Shown: positions 9,075 through 17,444 of the stretch, piece by piece | Layout of the letters: every line of letters starts with the position of its first letter | How positions within the stretch are numbered: the first letter of the stretch is position 1 | Source of the DNA: Akkermansia muciniphila | GTDB taxonomy: Bacteria; Verrucomicrobiota; Verrucomicrobiia; Limisphaerales; JADLHS01 | Assembly (NCBI GenBank): GCA_945882065.1 | Contig: CAMCWI010000001.1 | Coordinates: 1 to 56,853 of the forward strand | Reading direction: 5' to 3' | Length of the DNA stretch: 56,853 nt | Position numbers and translations under genes: made by a program | Notes under the pieces: generated by a model | What the model saw: the letters and a program-made list of their open reading frames with translations, nothing else | Database searches by the model: none | Told to the model about the DNA's origin: nothing

Positions 9075-10439
9075 TCATCCCTGCTCCCAATCCATCCACG
9101 TCACCAGATCGCCCAGCGCCGGGCGACCGTCATGCCGCCACGTCAGCGGCGGGTTCTGCATCTGACCTAGTGGACAAACTCGCTTCGCCCCCCAGCGCGC
9201 GAGTTGAGTAGCAATTTCCCCGGCGCGATGCTCCGGCACGGCGATGCCAACGGTAGAAACCTGCGCACGCACGAAGTCCGCGTTTTGCAAAACATCTTCC
9301 AGCCCTGCGACCGGTTTCACGTAGATGAATCTATGCAGGCAGGAGAGTTGGAATCTCGCATCAGCCTCGCACACCACAGTCCACGCCGTCGAGTCGTTGC
9401 TCTTCCAAACATGCGTGGATGCAGAATATGCCGCGCGCAACTCATAGATCGCCCGGCGCGATGCGATGTGTGCGGCGATTTCCTGCCGTGCGACACCGCG
9501 AGGTTCAATGCTTTCGCGACGCGCCAATTGCTCCGCTAGTTGGCGGGCGAATTCTTCTGGCGAACTGTGTCCGCCGTTTTGCACATAGAAAACATGTGGC
9601 GAGAGACAGCCGAGTTGATCCCACGCCGTCACGTCGTCGGCAGCGCGGACGATGACCTTGCGTGTGTTGTGTTCGGTCAACACATCTGCCGCCACGTAGC
9701 CAAAGCTGACGCGATGGCCGTAGGCCAAAAATCTGACGCGCTGCGGGAGGCGTTTTTGAATTGTCTCCAAAGTCTCGTCGCTGCCCGTAGTCGTGACGCA
9801 ATCCGCCTCCGCAAACAACACGTCCTCCAACGCCACATTTCCACCCTGCCACTCCGCGATCTCGATGCACGCCGCGAGCTTCGGATCGTATTCGTAGATC
9901 GAGTGAGCGAATAATCGCGGCAGCAGACTCGTGCCACTCGCACACTTCACGAACTGCGCCGAGCGCGTCAGCAACCCCAGCACCATGCTCATCAACGTCG
10001 GATTCGGGATATTGCCCGCCGCAATGTGGACGAGAAACTCCGGGCCAACCGCGATGGCTGCGCGACTCGTCTGTTGTTCAACTTCCGCGCTGCACAATTG
10101 ATCCAACCTCCGCACATCACCCATATCCTGTTTGATCAAGGCATAGAAATTTTCCACTGTGAGTTGGCGGAAGAATCCGTCCAGTCCGCTCGCCAACGTC
10201 TCGCGACTGAACCCCAACACCGCCGAGCCATGATCCAGTGCTAGCCTGCGGAATCTGTTGTCCTCATTCAGCCACTCCGCCGCCACACCTGAGAGCGTCC
10301 TGATGATTTGATCCGTCGAGCGGCGCACCAGATAGCTCTCGCGATTGCGCTTCAACGTGGCGCACGCTTCGGTTAACAAAGCAGGCGAGATCGTCGCCTC
10401 CTTCGGCAAGTCTGCGAGAAAGTACTCAGGCAGATTCAT
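9075..10439 (-). CDS. LuxC-family acyl-CoA (fatty acyl) reductase homologue
   Basis: The 454-aa product has HIAAGNIPNPTLMSMVLGLL, FVKCASG and WDQLGCLSPHVFYV, the ALDH-superfamily nucleophile context with its Cys codon at 9606-9608. Its start overlaps the MFS stop in ATGA (10436-10439). Confidence 0.8.
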   Translation of the reverse strand: MNLPEYFLADLPKEATISPALLTEACATLKRNRESYLVRRSTDQIIRTLSGVAAEWLNEDNRFRRLALDHGSAVLGFSRETLASGLDGFFRQLTVENFYALIKQDMGDVRRLDQLCSAEVEQQTSRAAIAVGPEFLVHIAAGNIPNPTLMSMVLGLLTRSAQFVKCASGTSLLPRLFAHSIYEYDPKLAACIEIAEWQGGNVALEDVLFAEADCVTTTGSDETLETIQKRLPQRVRFLAYGHRVSFGYVAADVLTEHNTRKVIVRAADDVTAWDQLGCLSPHVFYVQNGGHSSPEEFARQLAEQLARRESIEPRGVARQEIAAHIASRRAIYELRAAYSASTHVWKSNDSTAWTVVCEADARFQLSCLHRFIYVKPVAGLEDVLQNADFVRAQVSTVGIAVPEHRAGEIATQLARWGAKRVCPLGQMQNPPLTWRHDGRPALGDLVTWMDWEQG

Positions 10440-11677
10440 TTCGTCGCCTCCAATCGCTCGCGTTTCCGAAGCGTGTTTAATCCAATCAACCCCAACAGCG
10501 AGATCACCACGAAGGCCGCCATGCCGTAGTAGAGCGGAAAATAACCCTCGATGGTTTCCGCGCTCTTGCCGAGCCGCTTCACGGCATCACCAGCGATCCA
10601 GTGCGAGAGATTTCCGAGCAAACCACCGATGGTGATGAACAATCCGAACACCCGCCCGCGCACTGCGTCCGGCACGGACTCCATCAACATCGCCTCCACC
10701 ATCGGATAACTAGCCATGAAGAAAAATCCGTAGAGCAACAGTGTCGGGATCGCCCACGACTTCGGCACATGCGGAAACACCGCGATCAATACCGTGGCGA
10801 TGAGCAGCACAGACGCCGTCCAACGTTTGCGCCCGCCATCGCTCAGGTGACCGAACAGCGGATTGCTGATCGCGCTCGGCAGAAAGATGCAACTGATCAC
10901 CACGCCTGTGAACGCGATGCTGTAACCATGAGCCTGTTGCAAAAACAGCGATCCCAAGCTGCCCATGCTCGTGCCCGCGAAATCACGCAGACAAAACGCA
11001 AACGCACTCGCCATGAAAACAATCCACAATGCGCTCGTCGGGAAAACTTTCTGCGCGGGCGCATCTGCATTCCGAGTTTTTTGCGACGGCTTTTCCTCGT
11101 CAGCAAGCCACGCAAACAAGATCGCCGCCACGATCCCAAGCAAGCCGAACTCAAGCACTGGACGCCGCCACGCCGCTGCACCAAGCGTCGCCTCCAACGC
11201 GCCCGCACGCCAACCCGCGTAGATCGGCCCGATGAAAAACCCCACGCTTGCGCCCATGCCGATAAAACCGAGCGCACGCCCCGTATTATTCGGATACATG
11301 CGCGCGATCATCGCCGTGGCCGCCGGGTGATAACAACTGCCGCCCATTCCCGCCACGATCACCGCCGCAAGAGCGCACGGATAATTTGGCGCGAACGACA
11401 ACGCAGTGAATCCGAGCGCATTGATCAACAATCCCCATGCGAGAAGTTTTTTCCGGCTCACGCGGTCGGCGAGTATTCCTAGAAAATAACTCGGCAGGAA
11501 ATACGCGATCATCATCACGGTCACCAGTGCGGTGGCGTGGCCGACATTCGCGAAACCAAAGTCGCGCTGCATGAGCAGATACAGCGGCAACAACGCCACA
11601 TGATAGATGTGCGTGAACGCGTGCAACGCACCAACCATCCAGAGAGCGCGTGTTTTGTGTCGTGTGTCTGTGGTCAT
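10436..11677 (-). CDS. MFS transporter (about 12 TM)
   Basis: The sequence is hydrophobic throughout and carries the MFS loop motif LGILADRVSRKKLL. The preferred start is the ATG at 11677 (MTTDTRHKTRALWMVGALHAF), which overlaps the upstream stop in ATGA (11674-11677). The track start at 11743 would overlap the upstream gene by 70 nt. Confidence 0.85.
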   Translation of the reverse strand: MTTDTRHKTRALWMVGALHAFTHIYHVALLPLYLLMQRDFGFANVGHATALVTVMMIAYFLPSYFLGILADRVSRKKLLAWGLLINALGFTALSFAPNYPCALAAVIVAGMGGSCYHPAATAMIARMYPNNTGRALGFIGMGASVGFFIGPIYAGWRAGALEATLGAAAWRRPVLEFGLLGIVAAILFAWLADEEKPSQKTRNADAPAQKVFPTSALWIVFMASAFAFCLRDFAGTSMGSLGSLFLQQAHGYSIAFTGVVISCIFLPSAISNPLFGHLSDGGRKRWTASVLLIATVLIAVFPHVPKSWAIPTLLLYGFFFMASYPMVEAMLMESVPDAVRGRVFGLFITIGGLLGNLSHWIAGDAVKRLGKSAETIEGYFPLYYGMAAFVVISLLGLIGLNTLRKRERLEATK

Positions 11678-12381
11678 TTGTCTTTTGGCAATGGAAACTC
11701 CGCGAGACGTTTCTTGATCTCTAGATACAACGTCTCCGTCCACGGCGGCAGCTTCGCGTTTTCAGGTAAAGTTTTCCCGGCGCGGAAATCCACCGGCGCG
11801 ATGATCACCGTCATATTCTCGATCTTTGTATCCGCCGCGAGGACGAACAATTCCTCTGCCGCTTCGTCACCCATCGCGAGACATCCGACCGAGAGTGCTT
11901 TTCCGTGAATCATGATGTCGCCGCCGAGATTCGTGCGGCCTTCCTTCGCGGCTTGCCCGCGATCAAATGAGTTTGGATAACCGATGCGCATCGAGAGATG
12001 ATAACTGCTGTTCGGATTCAACAACTCGATGGCGTAAATTCCTTCCGGCACTTGCTTGTCGCCTTGGCGAAGTTTCGGCCCGGCCACACCACTGCCCGCC
12101 TGGATCGGATACGAGCGGACGAATGTGAAGTTGTTCGTCCCCGACCTCGCATACACTTGGAAACATTTCTCCTCCTTCAATCCGATGAACATGAGCGCGC
12201 TCGGCGGATAGGCAACAGATGCATTGGTGAAATGCGGCGCAAGGCGCACGCGCGCGTTCGTACCGTATTGTGCGAGACGATCCTCAATCGTTGCTGCGCT
12301 CATTGGTGCTTGATTGAACAACGCTGTCATCGCCACAACGCCTGCCAGAGTTTGTTGAGTGTTCATAGATTTTAATTTCAT
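11674..12381 (-). CDS. Secreted L,D-transpeptidase catalytic-domain (YkuD-fold) protein
   Basis: The signal peptide is MKLKSMNTQQTLAGVVAMTALFNQAPMSAA. The YkuD active-site pattern is IMIHGKALSVGCLAMG (His...Ser-x-Gly-Cys). The start overlaps the luxE-like stop in ATGA (12378-12381). Confidence 0.85.
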   Translation of the reverse strand: MKLKSMNTQQTLAGVVAMTALFNQAPMSAATIEDRLAQYGTNARVRLAPHFTNASVAYPPSALMFIGLKEEKCFQVYARSGTNNFTFVRSYPIQAGSGVAGPKLRQGDKQVPEGIYAIELLNPNSSYHLSMRIGYPNSFDRGQAAKEGRTNLGGDIMIHGKALSVGCLAMGDEAAEELFVLAADTKIENMTVIIAPVDFRAGKTLPENAKLPPWTETLYLEIKKRLAEFPLPKDK

Positions 12382-13493
12382 GCCGCCGTGAGCGAACAGC
12401 CACGAGGTACAGCCATCGCCGCGCGCCCAAGCAATTCAAAACCATCGCCACACCGAACAGCCAAGTCTTCCGTCTGGATCGCCATCACAGAAAAAACATT
12501 CGCCAAGTCCACGATGGAGAGGATGCCGGTTTCGCCGTCGCTCACTTCATTGCCCGTCTCAGCCGAAATGACGCGCGCCCGCGCCCACGGCGGGAAGCGA
12601 AACGCGCGATCACGCTTTAGGCTTTGATACGCCTGCGAACTCAACTCACTCATCCCGTATTCGCAGATGATGTGTGACATCGGCACGCCGAGATGTTTTG
12701 TGATGAGCGAGTGCAACTCCACTTTCGGCATCGTGCGCGAGCGACCTTTGTAGCCGCCTGTTTCCAGCACGCGCGATTCTGCCGCAAGTTGCAGCCGAAG
12801 ATTCTGCGCCACCAATTCGTCCAGCAGATGCACGAAGGAGAACGCCGTTCCCACGACGAGCAATGGTTTGTCACCCGGCTGCTTCAATGCCGCCAGTGCT
12901 GCACCAAAGTCCACAGTCCAAACTCCATCCGTACCCACACGACCCACGAACGCGCGTTCATCCGCGCCCATCTTCTGCCGCGCGTAGTCAAACATGTGGA
13001 CCAGTGACGAGTGCGGCACTTGCCTCGCAGGCGGCGTGAAACTCAGCAATTGTAAATCGGCAATCGTAAATCGTAAATTCTCCCGAAGCCACGGCCAGAG
13101 CGATGCCTCATAAACCTTCAGCGTCTCGGCATTGTGAAAGTGCTGGCTCGGTTGCTGCGCCGTTGTGCCGCTCGAATGGAACACGCGCGTCCGATCTTCT
13201 GGCGACAGGCTGGTCATCTCAAACTCCTTGAACGCCGCCGTGGGCACAGTTGGGATTTGCGGCCAATGAGTGACATCGCTAGGAGTCACGCCGCGAGCGG
13301 TGCAAAGTTTGCGATAGGGTTCGTTGTGTGCAAACTGAAGCGTGAACAGCATCAACGCGAGTCCGTTGAACTCAACATCCACATGACGCGCGAGGTGGGG
13401 ATCAACAGCCCCTGGCGACGAAGCAAGCTCCTCACACCAAATGCCAATGTGTTCGCGCAGTCGCGCGGCGAAAATGGAAAGTTCCGATGTCAT
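12378..13493 (-). CDS. LuxE-family acyl-protein synthetase (adenylate-forming) homologue
   Basis: The ~371-aa product from the ATG at 13493 (MTSELSIFAARL) has FHSSGTT, ETGGYKGRS and ICEYGMSELSSQAY, the adenylate-forming core. A Cys six residues from the C-terminus (codon 12396-12398) recalls the acylated C-terminal Cys of LuxE. The track start at 13568 adds 25 Arg/Leu-rich residues and is less likely. Confidence 0.78.
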   Translation of the reverse strand: MTSELSIFAARLREHIGIWCEELASSPGAVDPHLARHVDVEFNGLALMLFTLQFAHNEPYRKLCTARGVTPSDVTHWPQIPTVPTAAFKEFEMTSLSPEDRTRVFHSSGTTAQQPSQHFHNAETLKVYEASLWPWLRENLRFTIADLQLLSFTPPARQVPHSSLVHMFDYARQKMGADERAFVGRVGTDGVWTVDFGAALAALKQPGDKPLLVVGTAFSFVHLLDELVAQNLRLQLAAESRVLETGGYKGRSRTMPKVELHSLITKHLGVPMSHIICEYGMSELSSQAYQSLKRDRAFRFPPWARARVISAETGNEVSDGETGILSIVDLANVFSVMAIQTEDLAVRCGDGFELLGRAAMAVPRGCSLTAA

Positions 13494-13641
13494 GGCGGTT
13501 TTTATTTGCAGGCTGGTTGTCCGCGACAGCCTGAGCCGGGAGTTTAGCGGAGGTTGCCCTCGCTGCAATCCTGTTTTCAGGCTGGGAAATCATCTGGCGA
13601 ACTGCTTGAAGCCCCCTGCCCTCTTCGTCTAGCATCCCGCC

Positions 13642-14514
13642 ATGCAAGACGTACAAGAGCTTCCAGAATTGAAAGTCCCCAAGTGGCCGTTCTTTGTCGC
13701 AGACGGTTTCATGCTAGGGCTGGCTTACTTTCTTTTTTATTATCAAGCCAAGCTCCCGCTCACGCGCTGGGAGGTCAGCGCCTGCGTCGTTTGCGTCACG
13801 CTCGCCGCCATTCTCGGCATCCTGCCTTACCTGCTGGAATATCGCGCGGTGATCAAATATGGCGCACTCATCAAGCTCATTGAAACCAGTTCGCTCCGTG
13901 AAGCTACCGACAAAATCCAAAACCTGGAAAGTTGCGTCGCACAGATCAGCAGCGCTTCCGATCAACTCCAGTCAGCGCAAGTGGCGGCAGACAAGACCGC
14001 AGGCCTTGCAAGCGACATGACCGACCGCATGGCCAAAGAGGTGCGCGAGTTCACGGCCTTCATGCAGAAGGCGAACGATGGCGAGAAATCCACGTTGCGC
14101 TTGGAAGTGGAAAAACTCCGCCGCGCAGAAAACGAATGGCTCAACGTGCAGGTGTTCACGCTCGATCACATCTTCGCTCTGAACCGCGCAGCATCTCGAT
14201 CCGGTCAACCAAATCTCGTCGCGCAGCTCTCTCATTTTCAGGACGCGTGTCGCGATGCCGCACGTCGCGTCGGCCTCGTTCCGGTGTTAGCCGCGACGGG
14301 TGAAGCGTTCGACACGGTGCGGCATCAATTGGCGGAAGGTCAAACGGCGGCGGCGGGCGCAACAGTCATGGAAGTCATCGCAGCGGGTTATTCGTTTCAA
14401 GGCAAGCTCGTGCGCCCGGCTCTGGTGCAGTTGCAAGGTGACGCAACGCCCGCAGCGACCACGGAGGCGACACCAAGTCAGTTGAGTTTTGACACGACGG
14501 ATGCTGCGACATGA
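13642..14514 (+). CDS. Membrane-anchored coiled-coil protein with a GrpE-like C-terminal domain
   Basis: The N-terminus has two hydrophobic helices (WPFFVADGFMLGLAYFLFYY and VSACVVCVTLAAILGILPYLL). A coiled-coil region follows. The C-terminus matches the GrpE pattern: LDHIFALNRAA (GrpE lDnleRA), GLVPVLAATGEAFDTVRHQ (G...i...G..FDP..H.A) and AGYSFQGKLVRPALVQL (GY....r.lRPA.V.V). Confidence 0.6.
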   Translation: MQDVQELPELKVPKWPFFVADGFMLGLAYFLFYYQAKLPLTRWEVSACVVCVTLAAILGILPYLLEYRAVIKYGALIKLIETSSLREATDKIQNLESCVAQISSASDQLQSAQVAADKTAGLASDMTDRMAKEVREFTAFMQKANDGEKSTLRLEVEKLRRAENEWLNVQVFTLDHIFALNRAASRSGQPNLVAQLSHFQDACRDAARRVGLVPVLAATGEAFDTVRHQLAEGQTAAAGATVMEVIAAGYSFQGKLVRPALVQLQGDATPAATTEATPSQLSFDTTDAAT

Positions 14515-14614
14515 GCAGCCGGAGTGTTTGGACGAAGCGCGGCTGTGTCTGAAAGACCAGCCGCAGCAAAGGAAAAACTCCGAGGCCGTGGAGCTATCGA
14601 GATGCTGCGGCTGG

Positions 14615-14646
14615 GCTGCGCTTCGATAGCAGCGTTCCAGTTTTTT
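14615..14646 (+). terminator. Weak stem-loop plus T-run after the GrpE-like gene
   Basis: GCTGC (14615-14619) pairs with GCAGC (14629-14633) and is followed by tttttt at 14641. It is preceded by a stronger 11-bp stem, CCAGCCGCAGC (14557-14567) with GCTGCGGCTGG (14604-14614). Confidence 0.3.
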
Positions 14647-14666
14647 AATTTTATATTTTTAATCAA

Positions 14667-15206
14667 ATGAGCATTGTCACAAAAACCGGAGATAAAGGTA
14701 TGACTGCGCTGATGTACGGCCGGCGCGTCAGTAAATGTCATCCGCGCGTGGAAGCCTACGGTTGCGTGGACGAACTCAACACTGCACTCGGCCTCGCCCG
14801 CGCTTCTGCACAACACGATTTCATCAGCGCGAATCTTTTGGTCATCCAGAAAGACCTCGTCTCTGTCATGGGCGAACTCGCAACCGCCGTAGAGGATTTG
14901 CCCCGCTATATCAAGGATGGTTACTCGCTCGTCACGTCGCAGTTCACTCACAAGCTCGACGCGCTGGTGAAAGAGATCGAAGCGCAAAGCGTTTCGTTCA
15001 AAGGCTGGGCCACACCCGGTTCGTGCATGAACTCCGCCGCGCTCGATGTCGCACGCACCGTCTGTCGGCGCGCAGAGCGACGCGTATGTGCGTTGCATGA
15101 GAGCGAGCAATTGCACAACGCGGAAATCATCATCTACCTAAATCGCCTCGCCGATCTGCTCTGGCTCATGGCGCGCTGGGTGGAGACGCAGTCCGTCGCG
15201 CGTTGA
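14667..15206 (+). CDS. pduO: PduO-type ATP:cob(I)alamin adenosyltransferase
   Basis: MSIVTKTGDKGMT...HPRVEAYGCVDELNTALGLAR and RLADLLWLMARW are family-defining strings. The product is 179 aa. Confidence 0.92.
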   Translation: MSIVTKTGDKGMTALMYGRRVSKCHPRVEAYGCVDELNTALGLARASAQHDFISANLLVIQKDLVSVMGELATAVEDLPRYIKDGYSLVTSQFTHKLDALVKEIEAQSVSFKGWATPGSCMNSAALDVARTVCRRAERRVCALHESEQLHNAEIIIYLNRLADLLWLMARWVETQSVAR

Positions 15207-15212
15207 TCTGAA

Positions 15213-15779
15213 ATGCTCATCGCATTCAACAAACCTTACGCCGTGCTGTCGCAGTTCACTTCTGACGGCTCGCCGAATCGCCCACTCGCTGAGTTTGGTT
15301 TCCCCAAGAATGTCTATCCCATCGGACGGCTGGATGCGGACTCTGAGGGCTTGATCTTGTTGAGCGATGAAACGGAATGGAACGCCCGCCTGCTCGAACC
15401 GCGCCACGCCCACGAACGCGAGTATTGGGTGCAAGTGGAACGCATCCCCACGGCGGAAGCACTCGGTGAATTGTCGCGCGGAGTAGTAATCCAAGAACGA
15501 AAGACTTTGCCGTGTCGCGCGTGGTTGCTTGAGCCACAGCCACAAACCCCACCGCGCGATCCGCCGATTCGTTTCCGCAAAAACGTGCCGGACTGCTGGA
15601 TCGGTCTGGAGTTGATCGAGGGGAAAAACCGCCAAGTTCGCCGGATGACCGCCGCCATCGGCCATCCGACGTTGAGGTTGCTCCGCGTGCGCATCGGGAG
15701 ATTGCTACTTGGAGAATTACCCGCAGGCAAATGGAGGGCGCTCACGCCCGCAGAACGCCAGCTTGTTGCTACACATTGA
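15213..15779 (+). CDS. rluE: RsuA/RluE-family rRNA pseudouridine synthase lacking an S4 domain
   Basis: FNKPYAVLSQF, PIGRLDADSEGLILLS (catalytic Asp), REYWVQVE and NRQVRRMTAAIGHPTLRLLRVRIG are present. The length and order match E. coli RluE. Confidence 0.85.
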   Translation: MLIAFNKPYAVLSQFTSDGSPNRPLAEFGFPKNVYPIGRLDADSEGLILLSDETEWNARLLEPRHAHEREYWVQVERIPTAEALGELSRGVVIQERKTLPCRAWLLEPQPQTPPRDPPIRFRKNVPDCWIGLELIEGKNRQVRRMTAAIGHPTLRLLRVRIGRLLLGELPAGKWRALTPAERQLVATH

Positions 15780-15836
15780 ATGTTGTCACCGAATCAAACG
15801 TCTGATTCACTCGTTAGCGAACAATCATTCCAAAAC

Positions 15837-16382
15837 ATGAAAATAAAAACACTGATCGCCTCGCTTATCGCCATGACTGCCATCACCACTTCCGCCCAAT
15901 CCATCTATGACATCAAACTCAAAGACATTGACGGCAAAGACACCACGCTTGCCGCTTACAAGGGCAAGCCCGTGCTCATCATCAACGTCGCGTCCAAGTG
16001 TGGTTACACCAGGCAATACGCTGGACTCGAAGCCACCTATCAGAAATACAAGACTCAAGGCTTCGCCGTGCTCGGTTTTCCGTGCAATCAATTCGGCGGG
16101 CAAGAACCCGGTACGAACGAGGAGATCAAGCAATTCTGCTCCAGCAAATACAGCATCACATTCCCGCTGTTCGACAAGGTCGAAGTCAACGGCGCAAACC
16201 GTCATCCGCTCTACGTCGCGCTCGCTGGTAAAGATTCTCCCTTCCCCGGCGACATCAAATGGAACTTTAACAAGTTCCTCGTCGGCAAAGACGGCAAGAT
16301 CGTCAAACGCTTTGAGTCCAAAGTCGCGCCTGACTCGGAAGAACTGACGAAGGCCATTGAAGACGTACTCGCGGCGAAGTAA
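15837..16382 (+). CDS. gpx: Glutathione peroxidase (Cys-type) with an N-terminal signal peptide
   Basis: ATG at 15837 gives MKIKTLIASLIAMTAITTSAQS. GKPVLIINVASKCGYT, LGFPCNQFGGQEPG and WNFNKFLV are present. The catalytic residue is TGT Cys (15999-16001), not TGA. Confidence 0.92.
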   Translation: MKIKTLIASLIAMTAITTSAQSIYDIKLKDIDGKDTTLAAYKGKPVLIINVASKCGYTRQYAGLEATYQKYKTQGFAVLGFPCNQFGGQEPGTNEEIKQFCSSKYSITFPLFDKVEVNGANRHPLYVALAGKDSPFPGDIKWNFNKFLVGKDGKIVKRFESKVAPDSEELTKAIEDVLAAK

Positions 16383-16550
16383 CACTTGCAGGCGATGACG
16401 TGAGGAGTTGTTCCCGCTCGGATCCCCCAAGAACTCCTGACTGACGTCGTGCCCTACAAAGGCTCGGTGTTGATTCAATCGCTCACTGATATTCGGAAGC
16501 CTAGCGCATGACCATGTTACTGTGGCCGGAGACGGGCACACTCTGCCACA

Positions 16551-16955
16551 TCACTTCTTGCCGTCTTGTGCCTTCTCCATACCGGGCGAAATCCACTTGA
16601 AGACATGGTAGCTCGCGACACCATCTCCGGCATTACGCATCCCGTGCATGACATTGGATGCATGAAAAATCACCGAGCCTGCGCCAACACGATTCGTAAC
16701 GCCGCCTTGCACGACTTCAGTCGTTCCCTCTTTCACGACAATGAGTTCCTCTTCGGGATGATGATGCGGCGCGTGTGCTGTTTCGCCTTTGTTCAGCGCG
16801 GTGAGGTGACATTCAAACTCGTCGAGCGTGGCAGTGGGTGATTGGAAGAACTGCCATCTCTCGCCGCTCTTTGTTTGTTTCCCCTCGATTCTGCTCCAAT
16901 TAAACACAGATGAACCCATAACGAGCTTGCTAGGTTGCGCCAGCGCGACAATCAC
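16551..16955 (-). CDS. Cupin-domain protein
   Basis: HAPHHHPEEELIVVKEGT...GSVIFHASNVMHGMRN are the two cupin motifs. The start is uncertain between the GTG at 16955 and the ATG at 16919. Confidence 0.75.
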   Translation of the reverse strand: MIVALAQPSKLVMGSSVFNWSRIEGKQTKSGERWQFFQSPTATLDEFECHLTALNKGETAHAPHHHPEEELIVVKEGTTEVVQGGVTNRVGAGSVIFHASNVMHGMRNAGDGVASYHVFKWISPGMEKAQDGKK

Positions 16956-17078
16956 CAGCGGTGATGACAGCGGTGGAGAGAATGAGGGCGGTTTATTTGC
17001 GAGAGATCATGGTGGGTTGGATGGTTGGTTGCTTTTGTTATTTATAACGCGACGAATTAAATCTGCAATGTAGGGCGG

Positions 17079-17444
17079 TTACGCCTCAGTCATGTTCAAG
17101 AATTCGTTCAGCATTCTGTTCAATCCGTTCATGTCAACATCCGCAGTTTTTTTGGTGACGAATACGCCGAAGATGTCGCCATCACCCCGGCGCACGCAGT
17201 GCAGTAAGGCCTTCTCATAAACCCATATCAGACGCGTGGGCGGCAGCTTTTGAGCAGCGAGCACTTGAAATGCGTCCGACACCATGCGCCACACCTGCTC
17301 CAGCGAGAGCGCGGGATAATCCTTTGTGTCCACGTCGCTGATGAACGTTTCGTCCGCGAATCTCACGCCACGCACGATGGTGCCGCTCGCCGCCTTGGTG
17401 GTGCGAAGCCAGTTCGTGATGCGTTCGGTGATGACCTCGCTCAT
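17079..17444 (-). CDS. Small Roadblock/LC7 (MglB-like) fold protein (tentative)
   Basis: The 121-aa product has a size and alternating pattern typical of Roadblock domains (GTIVRGVRFADETFISD...LIWVYEKALLHCVRRGDGDIFGVFV). Its start overlaps the response-regulator stop in ATGA (17441-17444). Confidence 0.45.
   Translation of the reverse strand: MSEVITERITNWLRTTKAASGTIVRGVRFADETFISDVDTKDYPALSLEQVWRMVSDAFQVLAAQKLPPTRLIWVYEKALLHCVRRGDGDIFGVFVTKKTADVDMNGLNRMLNEFLNMTEA

Noticed and set aside
9075-13493. Bioluminescence (lux) operon
   Set aside because: Only LuxC- and LuxE-like genes are present. No luciferase (luxA/luxB) or luxD acyl-transferase homologue occurs anywhere in the window, so a light-emission function is not supported.
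14515-14666. Cobalamin riboswitch upstream of the PduO-type adenosyltransferase gene
   Set aside because: The 152-nt spacer forms hairpins, but I could not find a B12-box-like core (GCCACTG-type) or the usual conserved junction sequences. The structures look like terminator elements of the upstream gene.
15999-16001. Selenocysteine recoding in the glutathione peroxidase
   Set aside because: The catalytic codon is TGT (Cys) and the ORF is uninterrupted. No in-frame TGA or SECIS element is needed.
16956-17010. Possible frameshifted signal peptide upstream of the cupin gene (MISRK then stop, followed by a hydrophobic TALILSTAVITAG in another frame)
   Set aside because: It depends on an arbitrary frame choice over fewer than 20 codons, with a stop after codon 5. 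Both readings are compatible with chance, so no call is made.
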